20,000 bases of DNA, from the NCBI GenBank assembly GCA_008632985.1, contig QPGO01000111.1, forward strand, positions 238,036 through 258,035, read 5' to 3'. A program made the translations under genes and the position numbers. Source of the DNA: Psammoneis japonica. Its lineage: Eukaryota. The notes under the pieces are model-generated. The model searched no databases. It saw only the letters and a list, made by a program, of their open reading frames with translations, and was not told the origin of the DNA. Shown in pieces: positions 9,588-20,000 of this stretch (within the stretch, counting starts at the first letter, position 1; each line of letters opens with the position of its first letter).

Positions 9588-12500
9588 GTGTCAGCTTCAA
9601 TTAAAATGGACGAGGCCAACTCCCGTGTTTGTGGTGCAATCAATGGAAAGTTTGAGATGCTTTGTCTACATGGAGATGGAGAATTTAGACCACACGCATG
9701 TTTGGTCTGTGACGTTCTGCTGAAACCTGGAGAAGTTTGCTGCTTGCCGCTCGAAACATTGGAATCAGCAAGAAACTTGCTCACCCCTTCAGACTGGAAC
9801 ACCGTGTCTGATCATCTCAAGTCCTGCTGCACTGTAGAGCATGAAGATGCTGATTGGATCAAAGACCTGCTGCTTTCTCCTCGCGCCCAACACGCTGTGC
9901 AGGAAGACAGACGACGCGTTGACGGATTCACTTGCTGCAGCGAATGCCGAAGAAGCCTGGGAAGAGCCGTCATGCCAATGCACGCGACAGCGAACAACTG
10001 CTGTTTCGGCACCCCGCCGCACGAACTGTTGTCTCTAACTGAAGCAGAGTTGGCAATGCTCACACCAGTGAAAACATGCGGGTGCTGCTTCAGTCACCTT
10101 GGCGGCAAACAGAAGAAGCTTCAGGGAAGTCTGACATGCTACAAAGTCAAGATGCAAAGCATCGTAAGAACTGTTGTGCACTTCGACGTGCTGAATTTAC
10201 ATCAGGGTGTGATTGCACTGATGACTGGAAAGATGACTCCGGAGCAAAGACAACTTGCACGTTCAAAGAACAGGATTGGGACGCACTGCATGCTGAGGGT
10301 GATGGAATGGCTGTTGCACCACAACCAAGAGTGGGTGCACCAACAGACAAATCTAGACGAAGTCAGGCGCAATCTGCGGAATCCCGCACTTGTCGACAGC
10401 ACCGGCGAAGAAGAAGGAGAAAATGCGAATGTTGAGACCTCAGAGTCATTTCACATTTGCTTTCCTGATGGAACCATGTCTCCTGCGACCGGTGGTCAGC
10501 GCAACCTGGACTGCTTCAAAGATCTTGCACACGAAGCTGCTGCCAACGGATTTGATTTAGAGGTGCAAGCACAGTTGTCCAAAGAATCTGCGAGTGATTT
10601 CAAAGGCAACAACTTCATTGACGCGTGTCTGCTGCAGTTTCCTTTTGGCAGAGGAGGAATCAATGAGACGAGAGTGAAGAAAGACGGAAGTCTTGCAGAC
10701 AGCACCAACCTTGCACACTGTGCCGACCACCCAGCACGGATTTCCCAGCCTCACTTCCACGAGCAGCTCTTCGTGTTAATGTGCCACAACTTGACAATGA
10801 AGCAAAGGATGCTGCAGAGCGCAGGGTGGAAAGTCAGGGACAAGAATCAGGCTGCACAGTTTGCAAACGAACCAACAGTGGACGATGTGGACAGAGCTGT
10901 TTGTGATCGCAACTTGGGCGAGAGAAGAGATTGTGGACTCGGGCACCACTTTTTGCGTGCACTCGACGTTGCATCTGCGTCTCTGCCACACAGTGATGAA
11001 GCAGCAAAGAAAATGAGGAGAAACGCTGAAACTTGTCAGCATCATTTTGGTCAGGGTGGCATTTTCTTAACTGTCAGTCCGGACGATGCAAATTCGTTTC
11101 TTGTGCAACTGCACTCGGGTGTCATCCTGGACCCAAACGAAGACGTGACACAACTGACGGACGAAATTCTTGCTGGCAGGGCTGGGCAACGTAACGAACT
11201 GCGTCTAAAGTTTCCCGGTCTAACAGCCTTTGCATTCGAGTGCTTGTTTGACATTGCAGTGGAAGAGGCAGTGGGTTGGGATCTGAGTGCCAACCAACCA
11301 AGAGAAAACTTTAACTTCTACATTGGCAGGCCAGCCGCATTTTTAGCCGCAGTTGAGGAGCAGGGACGTCCAACAGTGCATGGACACATGCAGATCTGGC
11401 TCACATCGATCAACAATGCAAGAGAGAAGCTGCATTCGCCAACAAGACAGATCCGACGCGAAGGTGCTGAGTGCCTCACCAACATGGTTCAGAAGATCTG
11501 CAGCACGGAATTGATCTGTGGCGAGGACTTCAGCACTAACGCGTTGCGTGAAGCATTCGATCATGACTGCACAGTGCCAAAAATGTGTCGCACCTCTCCA
11601 AAAGCAGCAGACGACCAACAGCTAAGAAACCTGAGGCACAAAGACGGCCAGCAGTCGAAGAACGGAATGTTTGCTTGTTGTCGTCACTGCACCAAGTGCT
11701 GGACAAACGTCGAGTTTGTAGAAAGCTTTTTACAGTCACGGCACCGTGCACCTGGCCTGACTCGCCATCCAGACAACCATGCAAAGCGACTAAAAGCAAT
11801 GTGTGTGCAACACCAGCAAAGTGGTCCGCAAGGGACAATGGAGGCCCATGTGCCGGATGCAGCTTACAACCATCACATGCACGTTACGAAGTCGTGTTTT
11901 CCCAAATGCGCAGAGTTGCGTAAAATGTGTAAAAAAACCCCACACGAGGAACTGGACGTGCTGTCAAGGAAACGGAAACGAGAGGAGCTCAAACTGGGTG
12001 ACTGCCATCACAGGCAACCAGCTGCTTCGTGTCCAAATAATTTGGCAAGGAACGCAGATGACACTCAGATAAAGTGGTTCAGCTGGGATGGAACTTTTGT
12101 GTGTCGGCACGTGAAGGAAGTTGTTCTGAAGAGGAGAAAGTGCGATGCTTTTCAAAACGTGTCGTGCCCTGCAATTGGCAGATCAAAACTGACATGCAAC
12201 ACAAACATTGCTTTGTTGATGCCTGGACCGTCTGCTCAACACACGATTGAGCACATCCTAAAAGATGCCCAGAAAGATGACACTGCATCGTACGACGAAG
12301 TGCTTCGAACTACAAACAGGACAGCAATGGAATTACGGAAACACGCATCTGATGCATCGGAAGCAATCAGACGTCTCATGTGGGGTGCTCACTCGCGTGA
12401 CAAGACGAACGTCATTGGACCACCACTTGCGTCTTACATGACAAGGAACAGAAGCCGTTTCATCGAATCTCATTTGACCGCATGGTGCCCCTTGAAAGAC

Positions 12501-13517
12501 ATTGTCAGCACACTAGAAAGAGACGAAGTGTCTGTGACTGTAGCCCATTTTGGCGATGCACCGTTCTTCCAATGCCAGGCCTTGCACTGCCCATGTCGTC
12601 CAACAGCACTGGAGAATCTCAGTCCATTTGCGTTTTTTAGTGAGTGCGAAGTTCTTCGCAACACAAGGAAAAACGAACACGGCATGATGATGTTCGACAA
12701 CAGAGCGCACAGGCACCCGTCTTGCAATTCAACGAAGAACAAGTTTCTTCAAGGTGTCAGACAGCGACAGCAACCGCGATTGTTAAAAGTGCTTCAGTGT
12801 GATTTTCCTGATGCAGCCAAGTTTGGCAGTTGCCTTGTAAATCCGCAGCAACCAACAACACCAGACAAAGAATTGCACTGCAAGTTGGCATTGGCCTTGT
12901 TTGTGCCTTGCAGAACAATGACGGAACTCAAACCAACAACCCATGCATGCCTGCATGAATTCCAACTCTCCGCAGTGGCCGGTGTCATTGCAGAGGAAAA
13001 CTTGAACTTCTTGCAGAACCTGCAGGATGCTGAGTCCAACTGCCTTCGTCTCAAAAGTGCATCTGACGTTCTGCAAAGAAAGACGGAGCAATTTAGACCT
13101 GCTGACGTTGCGCTTGACTGTTGCGAAAGTGACGAGGAAGAAAGTCTTTCAGGCGCCGTTCAGGGTCAACTGCTGGATGCACTCTTGGAAGAAATGGCAG
13201 AGCAGCCAGAAGACGATGACATTAGGTTGAGCGACCAAGCAGTCATTCCTGCGCATTTGAGTGGCAAACGTGCAAGACAGAAAGGTTCACACATGGGTGG
13301 CTGCAAATGCTTGGCAGACATGCACACTGACCCACCAAACGAGGAAAGCCAGGTCAATGAACGACAACTTTTTGAGAATCTAGAGGGCAGCGATGACACT
13401 GACAAGGAAGACCAGAATGAAGGAGTGCAACAACACATCCACAGCAGACCACTGTCAAGAGACGACATTGTTCGAGTGATGCTGACTAGAACGCAAAGAA
13501 CAAGAAGGTCGTTTTGA
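9588..13517 (+). pseudogene. Helitron RepHel, Rep (HUH rolling-circle endonuclease) portion
   Basis: Contains a DUF6570-like segment (ATANNCCFGTPPHELLSLTEAELAML), QFPFGRGG, motif 1 FLTVSPDD, motif 2 VEEQGRPTVHGHMQIW (HUH at 11379-11387), CNTNI and motif 3 HTIEHILK (YxxxYxxK with both Y->H, 12240-12254). The true start may lie upstream of the in-frame TGA at 9579. Confidence 0.9.
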
Positions 13518-13521
13518 GGAC

Positions 13522-15338
13522 ATGACAGGTTTGGAAGAACACGTCGATGTGCGTCAAGCAAACGGATCTGCAGCAAGCATCGTAGACTGGGCCAGGAAAG
13601 CAAGACTGGATGGGCAACAGCAGCGTGCCTTTGAAATTCTAGCAGGAACCTTTGTGCTCACTTGCTGTCAAGATGCTCTTCAAGATGAGACGTCACGCAA
13701 TGGACTTAACAGGAGAAACAGCAGACACGAATTCGCAACAAACCTTCGCCGATTGAAGAAACTCGTGGAAGTGCAAAGACGTAGAATGTTGCAACTTGTG
13801 TGTTTTTTACATGGTGCAGGTGGAAGTGGCAAATCAACCACAATGGACCTCGTCGTGGAGTGCGGAAGAGAGCATTTGCTCGCTTGTTGAGCAGCCGTTC
13901 ACAACAAGCACAATCAGAGTGGCTGCACTGACCGGAGTGGCTGCCGCTGTTCTCAAAGGGGACACAATCCACCGAGTTGCATGCCTCATGAGAAGAAAGC
14001 AAATGACCGAAGAGCAAATTGAAGCATGGTCAGACATGAGACTTTTGGTGGCACATGAGATTTCTTTTGCAAGCAAGAGAGAACTGGAAAAACTCCATGA
14101 GAATTTGACAGTGTTGAAGAGCGAATTAAGCAAGCCGCACGGTGGCATGAACATTGTTTTCGCAGGTGACCTCAGGCAACTAGAACCAGTCGGAAAAGGA
14201 GTGAAACCACCATGCAAAGATGTGTGTCCCGAGTTTCACGAGTGGATCAACTGCCACACAGAACTTCGTGGTGTGCACAGGTTTAAAGACGATCCATCAT
14301 GGGGAAAACTGCTCAAGAGATTCCGCACTGGCAAGATTGCAGTTGACGACATAGAGCACATCAACGAACGAGCAGCTCAGAACGAAGATGATCTGCCCAG
14401 TGACCTCCGCCATGCTGCATGCGCAAATAAGGACAGAGATGCAATTGACACTGGCCCATTCGAAAAAAGAGTGAAAACACTGCATGGAAGAGATGGAGAC
14501 GTCCTTGACTCAATGTTGATTTTCAGTGACGACTTGCAGGCACAGAATGGCACGAGACTCTGCCAACCATTTCCGGTTTGCAACAGCTTCTGGAACAACT
14601 GTGGTGAAGGAGACGTTGTCATGCAATCAGGAAGAATGGATCCAGTCTTACAAATTTACAGAAGATGCAGAGTCATGACACCTTTCAACGAAAATGCAGC
14701 AAACAGTCAAGCAAACGGAACGCAAGCCACTGTTGACAAGGTCGTTCTCAACCAGGACAGGAACAAGACTGGTGACTTTAGACAACAACATTGGCATTCC
14801 TGCTGTGCTTGCTAGCCAGGTAGACCACATTGCATTGGAACACTGCAACAAAAGCATCGACCCCGCGAAGTTTTTAGTTGAGCCAAAAACAAATGCTTTC
14901 AGGGCTTGCATCACCAAGCCCAGCCCAATTTTAGAAGAAGGCGACAAACAAAGGCACACTTTCCAACTGAAGGCAACCCAGCTGCCGTTTGTCATCAACA
15001 ATGCCACTGCAGGGCACAAACTGCAAGGGAGTGGAGTCCCGCAGTTGTTTGTACACTCTTGGAGCTACACTCAGAATTGGGCGCATGTTGTGCTCTCCAA
15101 AGCAAAGACCAGAGAAGGGCTGTTCATGCGAAAGCCACTGAGCAAGGACCTGCAAAAATGCAAGGTCCCAGAAGGCTACGAAGCCTTGATGAGACTCATG
15201 AAGGAGAGAAGCGCCACGCATTTTTCTCAGCAACAGCACGCAGAAACACCAATGTGGTGCGCAAACACCAGATTAGGATGCTCAACCACTGTGCAACTGT
15301 TTGGCGACCCCAACCGTAAAAATGCGGAAATTTCGTAA
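13522..15338 (+). pseudogene. Helitron RepHel, PIF1-family (SF1B) helicase portion, frameshifted
   Basis: Motifs: Walker A HGAGGSGKS; ALTGVAA..LKGDTIH; degenerate Walker B LLVAHEISF; HGGMNIVFAGDLRQLEPV; LRGVHRFKDD; TQLPF..NNATAGHKLQG; HVVLSKAKTREGL. They are spread over three frames, with shifts near 13513 (junction to Rep), 13876 and 14750-14765. Confidence 0.9.
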
Positions 15339-15472
15339 AACAAAATGTTTCGATTGGATCAGCACATTGCGTGGAAATCCACACATGCATCACACAACGT
15401 CGAATGGATTTTAACCAACAAACCAAGAAACGCGAACGCAACCGTCACAGAAAATGCAGCAATGGAGAAAAC

Positions 15473-15874
15473 ATGGATTTGCAACAACAAACAAAGAAGG
15501 CAGACGAGCCAAAGAAAACTGGTGAGGACAAGAAAAAGGTGCAGACACGTGCGGAACTTCTTCAGTCATTGATGAATGAGGAAGACGAAGAGGAGATTAC
15601 CTTGGAAGAAGCAAGAGCGGCGTTTGACCTTGCTTCGGGAAATTTTGATGTCACTTCTGCACTTGTGCAAGACAACACGACAGTGGACAGTCATCATGTG
15701 GAAACAACGGTCGCGCCCAAGGATGATTCAACCATGGAGGAGCTAAAGGCAGCATGTGCAGCGGCGATTCCACAGCGGTCGGGGAGATTTTTCACCGAGG
15801 AGGAGATGGCGGAGCAGGAGAAGGAGCAAGCAAAGTCCCTTCAGAAGAAGTGTGGCCAGAAAGAATGGAATTGA
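15473..15874 (+). CDS. Small acidic protein with a possible UBA-like helical motif
   Basis: ORF from ATG 15473. The segment ITLEEARAAFDLASGNFDVTSALV resembles UBA/CUE-like helices 2-3. Confidence 0.35.
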   Translation: MDLQQQTKKADEPKKTGEDKKKVQTRAELLQSLMNEEDEEEITLEEARAAFDLASGNFDVTSALVQDNTTVDSHHVETTVAPKDDSTMEELKAACAAAIPQRSGRFFTEEEMAEQEKEQAKSLQKKCGQKEWN

Positions 15875-16183
15875 GCAAATTGCAAATGACCATTTGGCAA
15901 AGACAACCACATCAATGCACAAAATGCATGCACATGGACTTTCACTTGAGCCGCCGCGGATTGAGCATGGCCACAAATGAGGACTGACTGTTTGGCAAAG
16001 AAACTGCAACAATGCGCAAATTTCGCACATTTCCACACTCACTTAATCCAACGCAGCTTGCCTTGGACAACATCAACATGCACAACTAGACAACATCAAC
16101 ACACACCAGACAGCCTCATGAAACCTCACAGAAGACAGAATGGTCAGAAGCAAAACAACCAGCACCACGCTCTAACGCATGTT

Positions 16184-16227
16184 GGTCATGTCGCGTGGGT
16201 CGCGCAAAAGTGCGCACCGAAATGACC
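16184..16227 (+). other. GC-rich hairpin, candidate Helitron 3' terminator structure
   Basis: GGT(C)GCGCA-AAAG-TGCGCACC (16198-16218), enclosed by GGTCAT (16184-16189) / ATGACC (16222-16227). It lies about 20 nt before the end of the TpA-depleted domain. No clear CTRR follows. Confidence 0.4.
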
Positions 16228-16496
16228 GTCATGTGTTGTAATTAATTCGAACGCCCGGCGCAAAATGCAGCAAAATGATTGGTGCAGGCAATCGTCATGG
16301 CTCTATTTTCTGACAGTAGCGAGGGCGGCAATCCAAAATCTTTCGGTTTCAGACTTCGATCTAGAGAGTTCCACCTAAAAAGAGGAGGAACCAATTTGTT
16401 TCCCGCCATATCACGCGCAAGTGGATGATGATTCGCGCGGAGCCTCACATCTCTCCACCCTCGCTCAGCCGCGCAAAGCCAGAAAATCAAACAACC

Positions 16497-17072
16497 ATGG
16501 CCACTTGCGTTTGTAGTTTGAGCGGCGAGACGGGTTCTTCCGTATCAGGGGTGTTGAAACTTGTACAGTCAAGTGAAGATGCACCCACCACCATTGAAGG
16601 CGAGCTTCGAGGCTTGACACCGGGAAAGCACGGCATTACAGTCAATGTGTACGGCGACCTTTCTCAAGGCGCTACTACATGCGGAGAGATTTTCAACCCA
16701 TTTGGTGAGAATTATATTGCGGTCTGTGCGAATCGTGCTTGTCTTCATCATTGTGTCGTAGCTTATGATCCTTTTGTGTTTTGTTTCTGAACAGGCAAAT
16801 CACACGGATCACCACAAGACGATCCGAGCAATCGCATGGTGGGTGATTTGGGAAACATTGACGCTGGATCGGATGGAAAGTGTGCCGTGTCGTTGTCGGA
16901 TTCACTCGTGAAATTGTTGGGGCCCCATTCCGTCATTGGAAGGTCGATTGTCGTGTATACTTCTGCGGATGATGGTGGACGTGGCGGCCAACCGTCGTCA
17001 CTTACAACCGGCAACACTGGAACACGAGTAGCTGCCGGTGTGATTGGAATTGCCGCAGCTGCGGCGCCATGA
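16497..17072 (+). CDS. Cu/Zn superoxide dismutase-fold protein lacking metal ligands (161 aa; exons 16497-16704 and 16795-17072)
   Basis: Start context ACAACCATGG. A 90-nt GT..AG intron at 16705-16794 restores FNPFGKSHG. The protein is colinear with SOD1: GLTPGKHG, GDLS, FNP, VGDLGNI, LLGPHSVIGRSIVV, DDGGRGG, TTGNTGTRVAAGVIG. Confidence 0.92.
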
Positions 17073-20000
17073 GGTGGGAGAAACGATTGTTTAAATAAGG
17101 ATCAACATGGTAGACTTGAAAGGGTTTTGTCTGACATTATGGCTACTGTCCTGAAGCAGATTAGAATAAGGAGTACTTTTTAGCGAGTGAGAATGGCCAC
17201 CAACGGTCTGATTTATAAATCGTCAAGAACCCGGCCGCCAAAGCTCTGCATCCAACATCAAATGTTGGATTCTTTTGCACTGATGTGAGCAGGTAGTTTT
17301 GAAACTTTCAGTACTCGCGTCGCATTGTTCAACGCCTTACTCTTAGGTCCTACACCAGCACTTTCACAGTACATCAGCCCGAGGCCTTCCTCGCCTAGAT
17401 TCTTCATAGAGGTGGCGTTTCAAACAACGGGCTTGTTTGGGCTCGTCTAGAAAAAATCGAGAGGCACTGTCCATACAATTCTTTCTCCCCTCCGCAAGGA
17501 AATTCCCCCAAGGATCGCCTATTCTTCTTCTTGTTGGTTCTCGTTTTAACGCAGAGCGGCGGCGTCTCCATTGTTGACAGCGCTAAGTGAGCAAACTGGT
17601 TCGCGGGAGGAACGTAGTCTTCTCGATGCCCACTTATATTGCTGTCCGCATACTTAGACTGGCATCCACATACAAAGGTTCGGGCAGGCTTGAACTGTGG
17701 ATTGAATCGTTTCGAGCGGCACAAAACGTGCACGCGGCATCTCCAGCTAAAGATAAAGGTGCGAATGGAGTCACCAAGATTCTTGAGAGAGTCGGCATTC
17801 ACCGCAGTGTCCCGTCAAGACTGCTGATTGCCAGAATTCCCCATGTGGCATTGACCTCCGTCATTCTCAAGGAAAAACACGAAAGTCCCGTTACTTTGTC
17901 AGTAAAGGAATCAAACCGATCAATAAATTTAAAGCCCACCTAAATGTACGGTGTCCATTCCCTCGTGGGCAATTTTTTCATTGCTTATCAAACAGTCCCA
18001 CTTGGGTTTAAATGTCTTGTATTGTTCGGTCCATCTGTTATGAAGCGAGTGCCGCACCCTCACGTTGATAGAAGCATGAAACGAATCCCGGTTCGCAAAT
18101 GGGAGATTTTCTCAGATCTGCGAAAACAGACAACATTCGATTGATTACAGCAGCAGTGATGAAAATGCATGCTCACGTAAAGGCAATCGAAAGCAAAAGA
18201 TGAAGAAAAGGATCTACCTGGCAGGAGATTCTCGACATCTTTTTGGGCGAAAAAGAAATGCCTCAGGCTTGCGCCACTCTAGAGTGGACAAATGCGCTCA
18301 TTCCGCCCCTGCGAAAGGATCTTTCCCGTATGAACGTCAATTCTCTTCCTTCGCAACAGAGGGAGCCACAGGTGTCCACGGCAGTGGAGGCACATTCGAT
18401 GCGAATAAAGTAAGGCAGAGTGCATTAAGATCCGTTCTAACGAGAGCAATGATGGTAGCCTCCCCAATAGCTTCATTCTCGTCTCCCGGAAATTCAATGT
18501 TGGAAAAGCCTTCTCTATTAGCTACCATTGACATGTGCCATCGAAGGAGAGAATCCAGGGAGCCTAAAAGACTAGTCCTCTCATCTTTTGGGTTGGCTAG
18601 AGGCAAGAACACAAAACACATTCGGGTTGAGGAGCTGTTCCGTAGTCTTGCGAGAAAGTGGACCACTGGCATGTGGTACGATTTGAACTTATTATACTGA
18701 ACCAAATCGACGCTACTGGGTCTCTAGAATAGGAGACAATGTCAAAGGGACACTGCGTTTGTGCGTGGCACGCCGGTCCGGCACAATAAGAGGCCCGTGT
18801 GGAATCTTGATTCGTGCGATCGCCAAGGATCTACCGGTAGCCAATACTGTCTCTGTATCCGACGCTGAAGCTTTTCTCTACTAAAACCAGCTAAGACCTT
18901 TGCAAGATTGTTAATTCGAAACAATATCTGTCGAAGCCATGGTAACTACACCAAGCTTCAGCATCGCAAGAGTCCCTGCGTTTGATTCGCCTGCGATAGA
19001 GAGTCAGGTTGTAGGATCCAGGATAAATTTCAGATCATCTGAGAGACAAAGGGCCCGTACGTTAGACGATACAAAAGCCCGTCAAATCATTCACAAAGTG
19101 TACGCACAGGCACGCAAAACAAGAAACAGGAAAGACATTCCAAGTTGCTGTTTAAAGTACGCATGCAAAAAGGTCCTAAGCTTTTCACTCCGACAAGAGT
19201 CACCTTTTCTATGGGGCTTTCAAAACTCAACGTTCAACTGTATGAAAAAAACGCCAAGCAGAAATCGGCCCGTTCTATGCAAGAGATAAGCTGTAAAAGG
19301 TTGAACTCACCGCCATCTTCAGATGAGCGCCTGTATCGGTAACGGTAGACACTGAACACTGCGTTAGAACCACTTTGCTTGCTCGGATTCCGAATAGTGA
19401 GTGACCGTGGCATGGTATATTGGCTATGGAGATGTCGTCGCGTCGGTTGATAACATGGCATTGCCAATGCCGAAAAGCAGGAGCAGACAACGGCGGACGG
19501 GATCGCGACATCATGTTGAAGACTTGCGATCTACGGATCGGCACGAAAAACGAAAAATCAAATCAAATATAAATATATTCAACATCGTAGAAACTTTATG
19601 CTGACGAACTTCTCCGACGTCCGACGTCCGACGATCCTTTTTGCCCTCATCGCTCATCGCAGTTGCTAAGCATATGCATATCATATAGGTAGCAGAGTGT
19701 GTTAACCATGTCTTTACTTGCCACGTTATTGATTGTCCCATGACATCATTAAGCTTGGTGACAACAGATGCAGTAGTGGTTGTAACGCATTCACCACTGC
19801 ATAGGCTCCAACGAAGCAGGCACATGCCTTTGAATTTGGAAAACGGAAAATTACAGTGAATGAGCCGAGCTTTCAAAGTGCTCTGCTATTATCGAAACTG
19901 CGTGGGGTGGTTTGTTTATTCGAGGGAAATGACAAATTCATGGACGGTTGTTTGACGATGCTGATACTAACAACAATGGATCCATTAGCTTAAATGAGAC

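Larger units (their letters stand above)
1..16240. other. TpA-depleted (TpG/CpA-enriched) hypermutated transposon-derived domain
   Basis: Manual count gives 2 TA dinucleotides in 1-600 versus about 31 in 19381-19980. The 1309-aa Rep ORF has only about 5 Tyr and the 280-aa ORF at 2615 has none, with a large excess of Cys/His. TA becomes common again from about 16239. Confidence 0.9.
2642..16240 (+). mobile_element. Large Helitron-family element with cargo genes (boundaries approximate; 5' end not located)
   Basis: RepHel gene at 9588-15338. The neighbouring genes at 2642-8034 and 15473-15874 are compact and share the same mutation signature. A candidate 3' hairpin at 16198-16218 sits at the compositional boundary. 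That the cargo genes lie inside the same element is inferred. Confidence 0.55.

Noticed and set aside
9588..13517. Numerous apparent zinc-finger motifs in Rep
   Set aside because: Many Cys/His residues are probably mutated Tyr or other TA-containing codons. A few CxxC pairs may be real but cannot be distinguished here.
84..16225. Dozens of overlapping Cys/His-rich ORFs in all six frames
   Set aside because: They are expected by-products of TpA loss, which removes TAA/TAG stops and creates TGY/CAY codons. They show no recognisable motifs.
1..16240. Classical RIP, CpG decay or a variant genetic code as the explanation for the composition
   Set aside because: RIP creates TpA, and CpG decay does not remove TpA or turn Tyr into His/Cys. 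The adjacent host gene uses Tyr codons normally, and non-coding DNA is affected too. CpG decay may still contribute secondarily.
982..16364. Weak similarity between GCGGCAAT...GGTTT...TCTAG at ~982-1026 and ~16325-16364 as possible element termini
   Set aside because: The match is short and gappy and in direct orientation. The second copy lies outside the mutated domain, so it may be chance.
16497..17072. Canonical SOD1 or copper chaperone CCS call
   Set aside because: The Cu ligands are absent, so it is not an active SOD1. It has no ATX1-like MxCxxC domain and no C-terminal CxC domain, so it is not a canonical CCS. No gene symbol was assigned.
17260..19876. Short minus-strand protein-like ORF fragments (e.g. 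17404-17802, 18337-18705, 18742-18924, 19511-19876)
   Set aside because: They could be a spliced or decayed gene, but I could not identify a domain or build a consistent exon chain.

Overview
Eukaryotic genomic DNA (it has a GT-AG intron; the taxon cannot be determined from the window) with two sharply different parts. (1) Positions ~1-16240 are transposon-derived. They hold a small TIR element (probably a piggyBac-type MITE), a frameshifted Helitron RepHel gene (HUH endonuclease + PIF1 helicase, 9588-15338) and, next to it, a compact cluster of apparent chromatin/DNA modifiers: a SET-domain protein, a TET/JBP-like 2OG-Fe(II) dioxygenase and a DOT1-like SAM methyltransferase. There are also two orphan ORFs and a hairpin array. 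This whole block is almost free of TpA dinucleotides, and conserved Tyr codons read as Cys (TGY) or His (CAY). That points to a repeat-targeted TpA->TpG/CpA hypermutation, the mirror image of fungal RIP. (2) Positions ~16250-20000 have normal composition and contain an intact two-exon Cu/Zn-SOD-fold gene that has lost all four copper ligands, followed by sequence I could not resolve. All family calls come from motif recognition by eye; no database search was run.
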